Origin: Spizellomyces punctatus DAOM BR117
Taxonomy: Eukaryota
Reading direction: 5' to 3' (one strand)
DNA length: 64,000 bases
Assembly: GCA_000182565.2 (NCBI GenBank)
Contig: KQ257457.1
Within the stretch, counting starts at the first letter, position 1. Each line of letters starts with the position of its first letter. This document shows, piece by piece, positions 24,382 to 37,600 of this stretch. The notes beneath the pieces are model-generated. The model was not told the origin of the DNA. It did not search any database and saw only the letters and a list, made by a program, of their open reading frames with translations. Position numbers and translations under genes: made by a program.

Positions 24382-24679
24382 GTAATGGGTTGGACGGGAG
24401 CAAAGGAAGGAACGCACACAATTGTGATGATGATTCCTGTTGGCATGGCAATTGGCGCCAGCGCGTCCTCCGCGACCTTTTAGCGGGTCAGCTAAACAGA
24501 TCCCATCGCACGCAGAAACAAAGCGGCCAAAGGAGCAGAAAGGAGGCGGCCATAACTCAATTGTGTGCTCGAGAACATGGGAAAATACGTCCGGGCACGA
24601 TCAGTATGCAAGTCATGCCGACCACAGAATTGCTCACAAAGGTGTAGGTGTTATGCGATTAAGACGTCCAGCGTACTTA

Positions 24680-24904
24680 GTGTAGAGGTGACAGAAACTG
24701 GCACTAACTACTACACCAGGGGATAGTCTGGCTACTACCATACTTTTACGTTTTCATTACCAGCCCAAAGCGGGTATCGAGACGTACTCACGGCATGGTT
24801 GAGCTCAGATCGGTCAGTCCGTCTCTTTGCGCAGGCTGAGAGGCGGCTGATAATATCAAAATTATTCTAATTATGTGAAATATGGCTAATATGATGATGT
24901 ACAC
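24680..24904 (-). mobile_element. Partial/derived Fanzor ghost element, copy C (right end clear, left end tentative)
   Basis: 24678-24721 differs at only 2 positions from 47160-47203 (right TIR/omegaRNA 3' stem of copy B); possible left end GTGTAC.. at 24904 with TA at 24905-24906 (TTTA rather than CATA). Confidence 0.6.
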
Positions 24905-24940
24905 TAAATGAACCTATTACTGAACAAAGCTACGCCCGTT

Positions 24941-26395
24941 TCACGCTCGGAGACCGCATGCCTCTTCAATTTTACATTGAAGTACAGATAGCGCATCTTG
25001 CTTGAACATTAGAGCCCCATGGGCAGTCTTCTCAAGCCATAACAGTTCGACGTTCGAATTTTGAAGATACTGCCTAACTGCCTGCGAGGGAACTATCTGA
25101 TCGTTGCTCGACAAGAGAACGAGGTGTTGTTCACTTTTCGGGAGGTCCTCCTTGAATAATACATTTTCGGACCAATTAAAGTGTCGAGCGAGCGAGTGCG
25201 CAATGTAGAGCTCTCGAGAGACGAAATAATGCATCAGGAGCTCAGTAGTCGTCGTCGGTGCACGATACACGAAATTGTAAGCAATGGCTGGGTGAACCAG
25301 AAGGAAGACAATTGGATCAAGGAATAATGTAGAGGCGACCATATCAGGTCTATGGTGGATCATCCAACTCACAGCAGCCGTTCCGAGAGAATGAGCGATA
25401 AAGCAGGCTTTAGTGTGATTATGCCTGGTCAAGATGGTAGCGAGACTCGATACGGTATCTTCGATGCTAGGAACGGTCTCCGCAAGACGCATTGACACAT
25501 GCGGCCAATCGAGGAGGAACACATCAACATCGCGCGGCAAACGGGCCACAAGCGGCATATAATGCAGGAACCCGATGCCAATTCCGTGGATGAATACTAT
25601 AGGACGAGTATCCTCTAGTTTTTTTGCAGACGAAGATCCTGGGCGGTAAAAGTACCGCTGGCGAGTACCGGTAGTGTTCCCCTTGGCCGTAACTGAAGCT
25701 TCTCGAAAACCCAGAAACCGCAAGAAAACATGTCCGATAGCGTGCATGATCGAGATGGTTACGTAATATATGAAGGGTCGATGCAGCATTTGCATCTTAT
25801 CTATTGTCAACCGAATGCATTTGACGCGTTTATCGTACCCATCTTTGAGCCGATACTGAATTCGCTGCTCGGTTTCTTTGACCATCTCATCCACCTCTTC
25901 CAATTCTAAGTCATTAAGCTCGGTGTATTCCTTGTCGAAAAATGCCCAGGCAGCCCATTCAGCTACGTTCCCCCGGCGAATCTGCTCGATCGGAGTCTCA
26001 AAAAACCAGCCCTCAATCATCTTCCTTATGCTGGAGGCGTCTCCGATTGCGTTCAAACACTTTGCCAGAAGCGTCCGTCTCTCATCTGCATCCCGTGCAG
26101 CGTGTGCGGTTTGGCGCCTAGACCGTAATCTGTTGAAGGTATACAAGTGATACGGCAACCAGAGGGCCTCCACTAGCATCCATGTCGTATAGATATTGAA
26201 GGCAACACCCTTCCACCCGTAAGGGTAATTGGGGTATGCCAAGTCACGTCCGTGGATGCCATGCAAAAGAAAGTAGAGCAGACCAGCCACATACACATAG
26301 GCGAGCGGTGTAATACCAACAATAAGGAGGATAAGCAATTGACAAGCTCGGTAGCTGAGTGATTTGACGTCCATCGCTGACAGAACTCTTGGCAT
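24941..26395 (-). CDS. Membrane-anchored alpha/beta hydrolase fold protein
   Basis: Long intronless ORF; N-terminal TM helices; PIVFIHGIGIG, IAHSLGT nucleophile elbow, DQIVP, HG motifs; start codon uncertain. Confidence 0.85.
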   Translation of the reverse strand: MPRVLSAMDVKSLSYRACQLLILLIVGITPLAYVYVAGLLYFLLHGIHGRDLAYPNYPYGWKGVAFNIYTTWMLVEALWLPYHLYTFNRLRSRRQTAHAARDADERRTLLAKCLNAIGDASSIRKMIEGWFFETPIEQIRRGNVAEWAAWAFFDKEYTELNDLELEEVDEMVKETEQRIQYRLKDGYDKRVKCIRLTIDKMQMLHRPFIYYVTISIMHAIGHVFLRFLGFREASVTAKGNTTGTRQRYFYRPGSSSAKKLEDTRPIVFIHGIGIGFLHYMPLVARLPRDVDVFLLDWPHVSMRLAETVPSIEDTVSSLATILTRHNHTKACFIAHSLGTAAVSWMIHHRPDMVASTLFLDPIVFLLVHPAIAYNFVYRAPTTTTELLMHYFVSRELYIAHSLARHFNWSENVLFKEDLPKSEQHLVLLSSNDQIVPSQAVRQYLQNSNVELLWLEKTAHGALMFKQDALSVLQCKIEEACGLRA

Positions 26396-26654
26396 AAAAA
26401 AAACGGGGAGAAGCTCCCTCCTGGATTTTATATTCACCGTTTAAACGGCTATTGACCTTTTGAGCCGCTTTCCTCAAAAACCCTTTCAACTAGATCGGGT
26501 GATGGGCCATGCCAAGACTCCCCTGATTACGTGTGCAGCCGATGAGGCTTGGGACATGCGCGATGACGAACTTGTGTGACTGACACTCGCTGTTGACCCT
26601 ACTTAACGCTTTAACGCTTCGTTGGAAATTCTTCCGATTTAGCAACATTTAGAC

Positions 26655-28494
26655 ATGGCAACATTTCAAGGATTACGACGGTCTATGGTATCGTTGAACG
26701 CGCATGACCATCCAGAGCTGAACGTATTGATAACGGAAGAGAAGGTTGGCTCTTTGAAACGGCAACGTACATTGTTTGCACAAGTTAACGAAACCTTTCC
26801 AGGATGTTATGAAAGAGCTCCACAAATTTGCTAAAGAGAAGGCTGAAGGTAAGTACCATTCGCTGGTCGAGCAGTATTATTTGCAACTCACTCATTCCCT
26901 GTTGTCGTGCTGAAGCTGCAAAGTACATGGCTGTATGGGGTAAAACAGAACACACAGACGTTGCGGTGAGACTTGACATCAAAAGTACGTTTACAGTGAG
27001 GGAATCTTATAGTCCATTTAACAGGACATTACGGAAAAGTATCTAGTTCTATTTGAGGAGTTTGCAAAGTTCCACTATACGCTGATAGGTTCGCAGGCAG
27101 CTGTTCTTGTGGCTATGGCACAACTATTTATTGAACGTGATTTTCCGTATCCATGCAGAGCGCTATGAACTGTACCGTTCTCGCCTGAAGGAGATGAAAG
27201 CCCGCGAAGACAGCCTCTACGTCCTTCGTAAACGCTTGAAGGAACTTCAAGAAAAGTTTAAGGACGCAATAAAGAAGCAGAAGCCTCACGAAGGAATCAA
27301 ATTGGAACTGACTACTGTGGACCGAGATCTTGCAGAGCAGGAAGCAGCCTATGAAGGATATAAGCGCGCATCTTTCAAAGATGCTATGCACCTCCAATTT
27401 GATGCCTGGATGGAGTTTGCCAACAAGGTAGGGCACTGACGGTTATGGCCATGGGAACAGGATGTTGGTTTCACCTACTTGGATCACCTACTTTAGATTA
27501 CCATCTTTGCGACTTTTGGTAAATATCTCAGTGATCAGATACGTAAGTAGCTACGTGAGGGATGTAGAATTGTGCTACTCGGAAATTAAAAGTAAGGTCC
27601 TTCTCAGCGCAGGGCTCACTCGCACCTGGGCAAGAACTTCCTGCGTATGAAGGCGCCACGGTCACGACACGTATTGTTACGGATTTCCTTAAAGAACTAC
27701 GAACATACGATTCCCAGCACCATTCCGACACTCTCGAGCCAAATGTCAATCATCGTCGAAGCTCAGGCGCATCCTCCTTGAACATAGATGACGCCCTACC
27801 CCCTGTCCCAAGCCCAGAACCCACAGCTGCAAGCATCCCCCAACCTCCTCCAAAGCTTTACGCTCCACATCAGCGTGCCTCGTCTGGGGAAGGGGTGCCG
27901 TCGCAGGAAGGGTCACCGCGGTCGCACAGTCGAGAGAGTTCGATTCCCGTAAGATCGAGTGATCATCCGCCAAGTCGACGATACTATCAAGCGCCGGCCC
28001 CCTCTGGGTCACTAACAGCTGTCCCGTACGGGGTGGCCCCAGGAGGCTCTTACCTTCATGTACCACATCATGGCTCTTTACCGCGTGAGATCCCACCCGC
28101 AGCGCCGACTGGTTACCCTCCACATTCTAACTCATTACCGCGTGAAAGTATGCTCCCAGGAAGCTACAATGGCTCTGCCATATCATATGGTGCTCACCCG
28201 CCAGTTTACCAAACTCGGTCTCGCCCTGCCTCCCCTTTACCCTTAGGATCAGACACTGTAGCATGTCCCATATGCGCTCGCGCAGTACTGGTAGATAAGA
28301 TCAATGATCATCTGGACAGCCGCTGTGCGATGCACATGGTAGCAGTCGCATCAAGTGCAAATGGAGGATTACTGGTGGGATATGATGAATATAATGCTCG
28401 CGAGCAGATGCAGGCGCGACGAGAAGTTGTAAGTGGTGAGCTGATGAGCGACGAGGAAATTCGACAACGACTGGAACGGCTTAGAGTGCAATGA
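26655..28494 (+). CDS. Eisosome Pil1/Lsp1-like BAR-domain protein with Pro-rich tail and Rad18-type UBZ zinc finger
   Basis: LITEEK..AAKYMAVWG..DVADIT..ERYELYR..LK.M..RE..PGQELPAYEG resembles Pil1/Lsp1; C-terminal CPIC..INDHLDSRC. Confidence 0.8.
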
Positions 28495-28617
28495 AAGCAC
28501 CCAGATTTCATTCAAATAGAACTTATATTTCGGACAGGCGAGAATGCGAGCTTAGACTTAATGTTTATTTATTAAGAAGCCCCTGCACGCGGCGTAATAT
28601 TAGTGTCTTGTATGTAG

Positions 28618-31600
28618 TCAATCAATGGCAGTCATTTCGCGAAATTTAGTGAGTGTATCCAAAAATTCCGCAAAATTCATGGTCACTTGTTCATAGAGAA
28701 GCCTTGGCACCTTTTCTTTATGCACTCCTAGCCATTCCACCCACTCCCATGGAGTTGCGTCGCCAGTGACTTTAAGTTGAGGTTCGAAAACCATGTCGCC
28801 TGTTCGGACGAACTGCACTTTGTCGCGCTCATCCCCAGCTCTATCAGGAGGTGCATTTGCCTTAGCGTCCCCAGGAGAACCAACTTTCGCCGCCAGAGGC
28901 GCGGCACCATCATTTGAGCTTTGGGAGACAAGAGATGCAGTAGATACGCCGAATTTGGTGGGCGCACCGCTCAGTGGGCTAGGTCCTCCGTTCGTCGGCG
29001 AAGGTCCCGTAGTGCGACTTGCATTTTCAGACTTTGTGCTCTCGGATCTCGCCACCGCTTTCTGGTACAGTTGCACCAGATCTTGCAAATATTTGTAGAG
29101 GCCAAAATTCAATGCCACATCAATAGGACCACCAAAATCCGTGCGAAATGAAAATTCGACTTTGGGCTCCTCCAAAAAGGTTTCTGTAGCGAGCTTGATT
29201 TTGGTGGACGGTACACCAAAAACATTCTTGGTTGCAGCGGCAGTCATGAAAGCAAACCACTGAGCTGTACTCCACATGCTCTCTTCGGCTTGAGATATCG
29301 GCTTCGCGGCACCCTTCTTCACATTGAAACCACCCAATTCGAATGACGTGCTTTCAGCAGCCCTATGCGCGGCACTTGCGGATCCTTCGTAGTAGACCTC
29401 AAACCTTTTTGAAACTATTTGGGCGAAATCCGGATCACGGAAGTTATACCGGGTGAGAATCACAAAGGCTTCTCCTAACACTAGTCGAATCCGGCCGACA
29501 AGTGGACCCCATGGCGATTTGGCGAACGAAGCGCGATGAAGCGGCTTGGAGATGGATGTTGGACTAGGGATACTGGCGTCCACACTGCTAGGGCTCCGCA
29601 CTCGATCCTGCGGCCGCAACAAAAAGGATCCAGTGGACGGACTCGAAGAGACTGTTTCGCCGCGATTAGTTGTATTGGCGGAGACTGAGTCTATCCCTCT
29701 TTTTTCTTCAATTAACGCATGAAGGCGTTTGGCCAGATGTACCAGTGTGGGGATTGTTCGTCGAGACATGATCGCTTTGAATGTGTCCACCTTAATATCA
29801 GCACTACTGCAGAGCTCAGGGCCATCGTCACCGAGTGTCCATTGATCAGTGAGTCCGCCATGCAAAGGAGAGACGTGCACGATTAGGATTCTCTCGTACT
29901 GGTACTGCAACTGGGATCCTAAATGATCCACCCTGAGAGCAGCTTCCATTCCAACAAATGATGATCTTGCGGCAAAATTGGTGCGCAGGGGCCGTCTTGC
30001 GTCAAGATAAAAGTGCACTCCGTCAATGGATGTAATTCCGCTGAAGCGACCCTCACTTTTGACACCAATTGTCTCGCACTTGAATGTACCGGCTTTCTTC
30101 TCAAATCCAAAGGTAGACTTGGTTACGCTCCCACTCACAACGACATTTTCTAATCCAACAGTAGCTTTGCCAATAGCTTGCCCGAGATCCATGGCGAATT
30201 CGATTTGGTTTATTCGGGCGGCTACGTTGAAGTGGTCTGTCAGGGAGTGAACAGAATCACCGCCCAAGGAAAAGAGAGACGAGCGCTGCGTCTGCTTATC
30301 ATCGTCGAACTCGGGTGGGGATGAAGCCAAATTGCCTGATGGGAAGACGAATTGTGAGGGATGGTCCAACCACATACGTTGGAAAAGAAAGAAATCCTGA
30401 AGATGCCTAGCATTAAGATTTCCAATTAAGGAAGGAACACCGATTTCAATGGCATATGTCCGGTTATGCTTTCGCTCTATCATTGTCACGCTGAAGGTGA
30501 CTCGTGGTATCTCCGCATTTAGGCAATCTTCAGGGGAAAATGCATGTCGGAGCGCTCCGGACGTGCCCAGAATATTGGCGGTACAGCTCATATACTGAGT
30601 TCGGTCTTTGCTCACACCTTTCGGCAAGAACGAAAACATGAAATCCGCCTCATCCAAATTGAAGTTACAGCTGACTTTTGAAACGGGTTGGCAGCTGAGA
30701 CTGACTTTAGTTCTGGACAACCGCAAGTAGAAAGTAATTTTATGCCGTTGATACGCTACAAAGGTCGGATTTGTCTCCGTTTCATTACGTGGCTTTTTGT
30801 CGAGAGACTGATTACTGTCGTTCACGCCTCTTTCGATCTCCTCCTGATGCTTGAGAATCCGTCCGAGTTTCAGATTAGCATTCACGTCGCGAAAGAAAGT
30901 GACAATGTCCGGATGTAGAACATTATGCGTAGGGTGGATGACGAGTTCAAAATGGATGCCTTTCAATGAATCGTCGCCAAGGCTGGCGTGCTTTGATGAT
31001 GGTCCAATTATTGTTCTGCCCACAGTCAGCAACGTAAGTCCTGGAAGCGTGAGTACGTGTAGACAAGGATCTTCGCCATTGCTCGTTTCGCCCGTTCGCT
31101 GGCTTGCAGATCCGGTTGATGATAATTGGCTTGTGGATAGCGCTGGGGATTCAGCCGGAGCGCTCCTCTCTTTATTCCTAGCTGACCATAACTTACAAGT
31201 ACCGGCTTCAAACTCGAAACGGCCTTCAAAACTAACATGGAGGGCGCCTCCCGTGGACTCTCCGTTTGTTTCAATGTGGTTAGCGTGCCCGTCATCCTCT
31301 TCGAGCTCTTCCTTCGTGGTGACAGGCTTGCTGTGATCGTCACATTCGTCCACCGGTAATGATTGTGCAACTTTCTCACGCTCCCGCACGTAAATTGCAT
31401 TGAGCTGATTCAAATACTCGGTTATCGTTGCGTCTACTTCTAACTCAAACCCTCTGATACCAGAGTTCACACGGATGATATTCCGATCTTGTTCTAGCGT
31501 TCGGTGAAATTCGGCGTTGATGAGTTGCAGAATGATCCGATTTACGTTTGGATGTCCAGACGGGGAGAAATGCTTGTCATTTGCCGCCTCGAATATAGGT

Positions 31601-34600
31601 ACAAACTGGAAGCACAAATCAGTGATTCTTCCTGCAGCTGATTTCAAACGCATTGAATCAAGCTGAATCTCTTTAGCGGAAACTAGGAATGCCGGTAACG
31701 GGTCCAAACCGGACCCCGACATCGTGTTGCGCCGACTGGCTAGGCCAGGCGGTGCATTCTCTAGAATCTCACTGAAATTGCTCTCGTGTTCACGGAGCGG
31801 TATCGCGGCGCCTATTTGTCTTATTTTCACGAGGATCACTCTGTTTTCAAAGAATGAACGGTCTTTTCGCTCCGGTGATAATGGCAATCGTATCCCCTTT
31901 AGAAAACGTGTTGTATTCTCTTTCGCCCTCTTTATTTCCTTCGCCTTCTGTTGCTTTCGCCTGTCCAATTCCTTTGTATAAAACACCCCAGCTTCCGCCA
32001 TCGAAGTCATTGCTGTTGGCTGCAACACAGCATGGAGTTTATGGACTTGGATATAGAGCATCTCGAGATTATCAAAGTCCCGAGCCACCGTTTCAGCAGG
32101 TCCGTAATTCTGGACAGTGAGGCCCATCAGAACGTAGGCTAGCGGGTGCATCTTTGCTCGGGCGTTAGTCCTCCACTGCTGCCAATTTGGCATATTGAGG
32201 ATCAGTGATAAGGAGAAGCGGCGAGCCACGAAACGCCATGAAAGTATGTCAGCACCTATGGCAGTCGGCAATTCCAAGCTACCGGTGGACACGTCGCTTT
32301 GAGGGAAGTTTGTTACGAACCCATTCAAAGGATCGGATTCAAAGATTATGATGCTGTTGGGACTTTCGGCAGAAATGCGAAGGCCTTGAACAGTAATCTT
32401 CAGAGCATACAGAATCCTTGGAATCGCACCAGCGACCTTTTCCTTCTGATGACTTGCACCGCGTTTCGAATGTGCCTTTTTTCTGCTATAGAAGGCGAAG
32501 ACCTCCAAGATATCGTTCAACTCACCGCCGAGAACATTTTGCGCTGTAATCAGCTGGTCAATAATGCTCACGTCAAGACTTGCTTCGATTAAGTCCAGCT
32601 CCAATGTAGCTTCGATTCGCTTGGACTGCTGCAGAGGGACTGGCTGACGGACTGTTTCCAGGCTCTCACCCGGCATTGTTTGCGTTTGGGACGCTCCGTG
32701 TACAACTGAGCCTTTTGAGCTAGCGGTTGGCAAGTCAAAAGTTGTCCACTGGTTATCAGGTGAAGGCTCGTCAATATACGTCCTTGAGCTCGTCTTTCTC
32801 GCTAGAAATTTAACAGTATGACTAGCCAAGCGTGCCTCCCAGCCGATCCTCGTTTTCAGCATATTCGGCGCTCCCCCCAGAGCTGCTGGAGAATCGTCTT
32901 GACTAATTCCTATGAGCAGATTGTGGGCATCATAAAAGAAGTTCAGAGATGCCAATAAATCCGATTGAATTGACAAGTGGCTAAGTAAAAATTCAAGTCG
33001 AATACTCTCGAAGCGCGGTCGTGAAAGATTTCCGATCTTCGAGCTGGTGCTACGGCTCAAACCCTCCACGGGAACGTCTAGCTGTCCGCTGTCCCACTCT
33101 CGGACTAACCTATTGAAAAGGAAGTCATAACGAGGTAGATCTTCATCCCCCCATTTTTCCAGGAACGTGTGCAGCTTTAGCAAACTTCTGGGGAGACGCA
33201 AGCCAGCATAACGTATTACGGTGGCCAATGACAATATTTCTGACGGATGGACCACAGATCCTCGAGAGTCTGTGGATGAAGACTGGCTGACCGAAGCTGT
33301 TCCACTTATTTCGCCAAGCTCAAGCGATATCAAAGTTGCGGTATCTTGCAGCTTTCCGGCTCTCACAGTGCGTTCGTACATGGTAACGTTTACATCTGCC
33401 ACAGTTACCACAGTGTTGTGTAAGAGATGACCGGGCTCATACAGCGGTTCGCGCTGTTCCTCATAGATGTCTTGAGTTCTTTTGTTTGTGAGATGCATTG
33501 AACATGCCTGAATATTTCTCAGTGTAGCTTGTGCCACAAGATTGTGAGCAGCTGCCGTTATCGAGAATCTAGTCACAAGCCCCGTCCCAAAAAATACGAC
33601 AGGTAGTCCACGAAGCAGGGTTGTTTCCGAAGCGCTGCCAAGGGAAGCCAATATGTCACCCTGCTTTTGGGCGGCGTGGCTCCTTTCACTTGACTCCAGC
33701 CTCGCTTGAAACCAGCGATGTACCCGGAGGAAATGACGAACAAACCCAAAAAGGTTGGGATTGACAACGGTATCGATACGCTCTATTCGCGCTCTGCATC
33801 TCACATCCAAATGACCACAGCCGCTCTGCGACCGGGAGCCATTTAAGTTTCCCAACTGAGCGTCAATGTCAGACCCGAAGTCGCATTCCGCTGAAAGGTC
33901 CGGCACATCCCTGTCACACACACGGCTTTTGCCAGACATAACAATGGGCCCGACCATAATGGAGCTGTCGTCATTTTGGAATTCAATGATGGTGATGTCG
34001 AGTCTTGCAACATCCAACATCCCTTTCCAATTCAATATTCGGCTTAACGTCTCCATATTGGTTGCCGTCGCGGTGCACGGAACTGGTGGTTTCACATTGT
34101 ACAAGCCACGCAGTAGAGGTGTAGATGAGAGGTCGCTTACCTCCCATTGTCGCCAGGCGCCAAGATAACGGAGAATTGAAACATACATGAGTTTGGCGTC
34201 TGCATCCATGCTATTGCCCAACTGCCTACACATCTCTTCTTTCACGAGGTGCGGCAATGCTCGCAGGCAGTATCGAAGATGGGCGAGCAGCTTCCATCCA
34301 CTGTCATTCTGATGTCTACGGTTTCCCAGCAGCCACAGCGTCGACGGGTGTGTTAAGAAAACTGGATCTCCTGATATCTGTGAATGATAGGCCTTTTCCG
34401 CGACTAAGCTCACGAGCTTTTGAAGCTCCTTTCGCCGTCGTGCTCTGAATTCGCTAGCCAGCTTACTCACATCCGTACCGAACGTAACCCACTTGAAAAT
34501 GGCACCAAACATGATTTCTATAGTTTCGTTGATTGAAACGACAGACAAGTCCTTCGTGCTAATTTTCATTGAACTCCCATCTTGTTCTCCGGGTTTGAGA

Positions 34601-37600
34601 TCCGACCGCCAATCGAGATGTCCTTCCCACTGAATCTTTTCGGCTAGCAAATCTAGAACAACAGGAACGCCTTCTAGCGCCCCCTCCGCTGGGGTTGCGC
34701 GAGCATGTTGCTTCGCTGATGGGATGCCCACAATGCCCGCAGCATTCATATTTCCAACAAATCGCAGTTTGGTAGCAACTCTCTCGACATCAACGACGAA
34801 TTTGGCTTCGTTTTGTTGTGGCTCGCGAAATGCAGCCGTGGGGTTCTTGGTCGTCGTCTTGACTCTTCCAGTAACACCCGTAACGACAATATCGAATGAG
34901 CACAACAGTCTGTCAGATAACTCGTATCGAAGGGGCAGGTCATCATGCAAGAACGAAGTCACATCTGGAAGCAGCATATCTTGGATGCAATGAATATGTA
35001 CGGTGGGCGCGGAAACAAAAATTGACGAAGAAGTATACTGATATGCGAAGATCTGGATCAGACTATTCGTGTACTCCCTCTGAAATGCATCCATCATGGA
35101 CTCCGGTCTTAGCGGCTACACGGAATTAGAAATTGCTATGGCTGATCTCCCAAAATGAGTGCACTCACTCGACTTCCCAGATTCTCCAGCGCTTCCTGAA
35201 CAATGCGCAGAAAGATCGGTGTGATAAGAAATCGCAGAGGTCCCGAAAAGTCAACCGTAACCATTTTTCTCTCTTCACTATCCGAGTTCTCCGGGGCTTT
35301 CGCTTCGCCACGACGATATTTTCTCATAGCCCTATGGAATGGCCTCTCCATGTAGAAGTCGTCAGCATCAGTGGTCTCCCCATCTTCGGGGTCAACCGAA
35401 GTAAACTGTGTCATAGTGGGAGACCGTCCTAGTGAGTCGCGGTGCGAAGTATCGATATTGAATCTTTTCAGGTATGACCGATAAGGAATAGATCGGGAGA
35501 CCGCAGGTTGCTGGAACGATTGGTGCGGTACGCCCGATGGTTCTTGGTCTGTGAAAGTCTGCCACGTGTCAGAGTCCGCCAAAGGCGAGTGGTCGGAAGG
35601 TTCGTCCAAATCTCTAGAACCACTAGCACATAGGTCGCTCTTGAGACATTTGCTAGAATTATAGAAAAAAAAAACCGGCGTACTCACTCAGAGTCGCTAT
35701 CTGCTGCACGGTCGGACCACCCAGAACTTGTTGTGTCAGCAAATATATCTCGAACAGGACTCTCCTCTCTGGGAGTTGATTGGTGGGGGGTAACCTTAAA
35801 AGGGGGTGTGAAGAGTGGCAGATAGGGCAACCAATGAGTGTCATCCGCCGAGCGAACTTCCTGTCGTCTACGACCATTATTGACGTCTCCCTGATTGTAT
35901 AGGAAGGTGCACCGCTGGGTTGCGTCATCTTGGGTTTTGATAAAATCCATCTGTCTGGCTTGTGCCTCTGTCCAGTTGGGCATCTGCCTATATATGCAGA
36001 CCGACAGAGCTGTCCGCCCATTCAAAACTTCCACCCAAGAATAGTCACCGTTGGCTGCTGATCCATCTTCTTTATCCTTTGTCACCGCTAAACATCGGAT
36101 CAAGATATCCGGAACTTCAACGAATACGCGCTCGCTCCAATTCGCGCATATAAAATTGTCCATTTGCAGTCGCAATCCATGGGCTAGGTGCAGACTCGAC
36201 ACACTTCCTTGTCCCCACACTGAAATTTCAATACTTGTCAGCACTACTTGCACCGTTGTAATATCGGGTAGCGGTTGAGGTGCTACTAGAAGGTTATCCA
36301 TATCCGCGTAATGAAAAGAGAAGCACTCTAACGCCTGCTGTATGGCAGGCAGTGAAAACGGTTGCAACTCTCCCACAATCTGGCCAACAGTCAATCGCCA
36401 ATCCACAGCGTAAACTGCTCCTCGCGGGGGTCGTCCGAAAAGACGGTGCCCGCGCACTGTGATATCTGAATTGTGTTGTTTAACAGGTGCTTCGAATCGT
36501 TGTCCACTCCTGTTGATGGAACTGACCTTGAGCGCGCAAAAAATTGCGATCCTCGACGGGGTTCGGCTGTACAACTGAAGCCACAATCTGGGTGCGGGAC
36601 CAATGGATAGGCCGTAGATTAATTTGTACATCTAAACCGTTCACGCTAAGCCTACATGATCGTGTGCGTATATCAGATTCTTCGCATACCGTGGTAATGA
36701 TCATTATTGCGGTTCTCGACTTGAATTTCATTGATCGTAAGTACTGAGGCCTCCTGCACATCATATAGATTTTCCGGCAAGATGGCAACCGCATTTTGCA
36801 CTACCACTGTAATGTGGACCTCAAAAAGATTTGATTTGCCCTTTGCAATAAATTAGTGCTAATCTATCAGAGGTATGTGGTTCTTGCGCAGGTTCACCTT
36901 CGCTGCTTCCTGCTTTCGCCAAGCGGTCTCTGCCATAGTGGGATCAGCCGTTCTATTACGAAATTCGTCTGATGTCACGAAGTTATTGAAGTCTCCCATA
37001 TAATTTTCTTTGAAATAGACCAGATGTGTGATCAGGAAGCCGAATATGGTTGCGTGAACTGATGACGCCTGATTTAATTTCATCAGCACAAGACTAATAA
37101 CTTCAATGCCCAATATGAGTAGCGGTAAGTACCTCCACATTCATAGCTAAACTGTCTACATTCCCAAGTTTGTATGTATTGCAAAAACGATAGGATGCCT
37201 CAATGGCTAGATGACCGACTGTGCCAACATTGCGCGCTTCTTCCGTCAAATATGCACCGATAGTGTGAGATGCTGGAAAACTCATCCTAACGCGTGTCTT
37301 CTTGGACTGACAAGCGTTGTCAGCGCTTAGGAACGGAACACATAGATGTGAACATGTGCTTACCTCGACCTGGAACCCGACGATTGTCGCATCTTCCTCA
37401 AAATGGAGGAAGGGCATCGACACATCAAACCGTAAACGAGGACCGCTCACAATCAAATACACTATCAGACCAAATAGCTTAGTACGAAGGGCGAAGGTGA
37501 GTGTCGTCGTCCACATGTGCCGCTTACCATTATCATTCAAGTCATTTGGCTGGTTGATCACGTTATTCTGGTTTACACAGAAGATCAACTCAAAGTCTAT

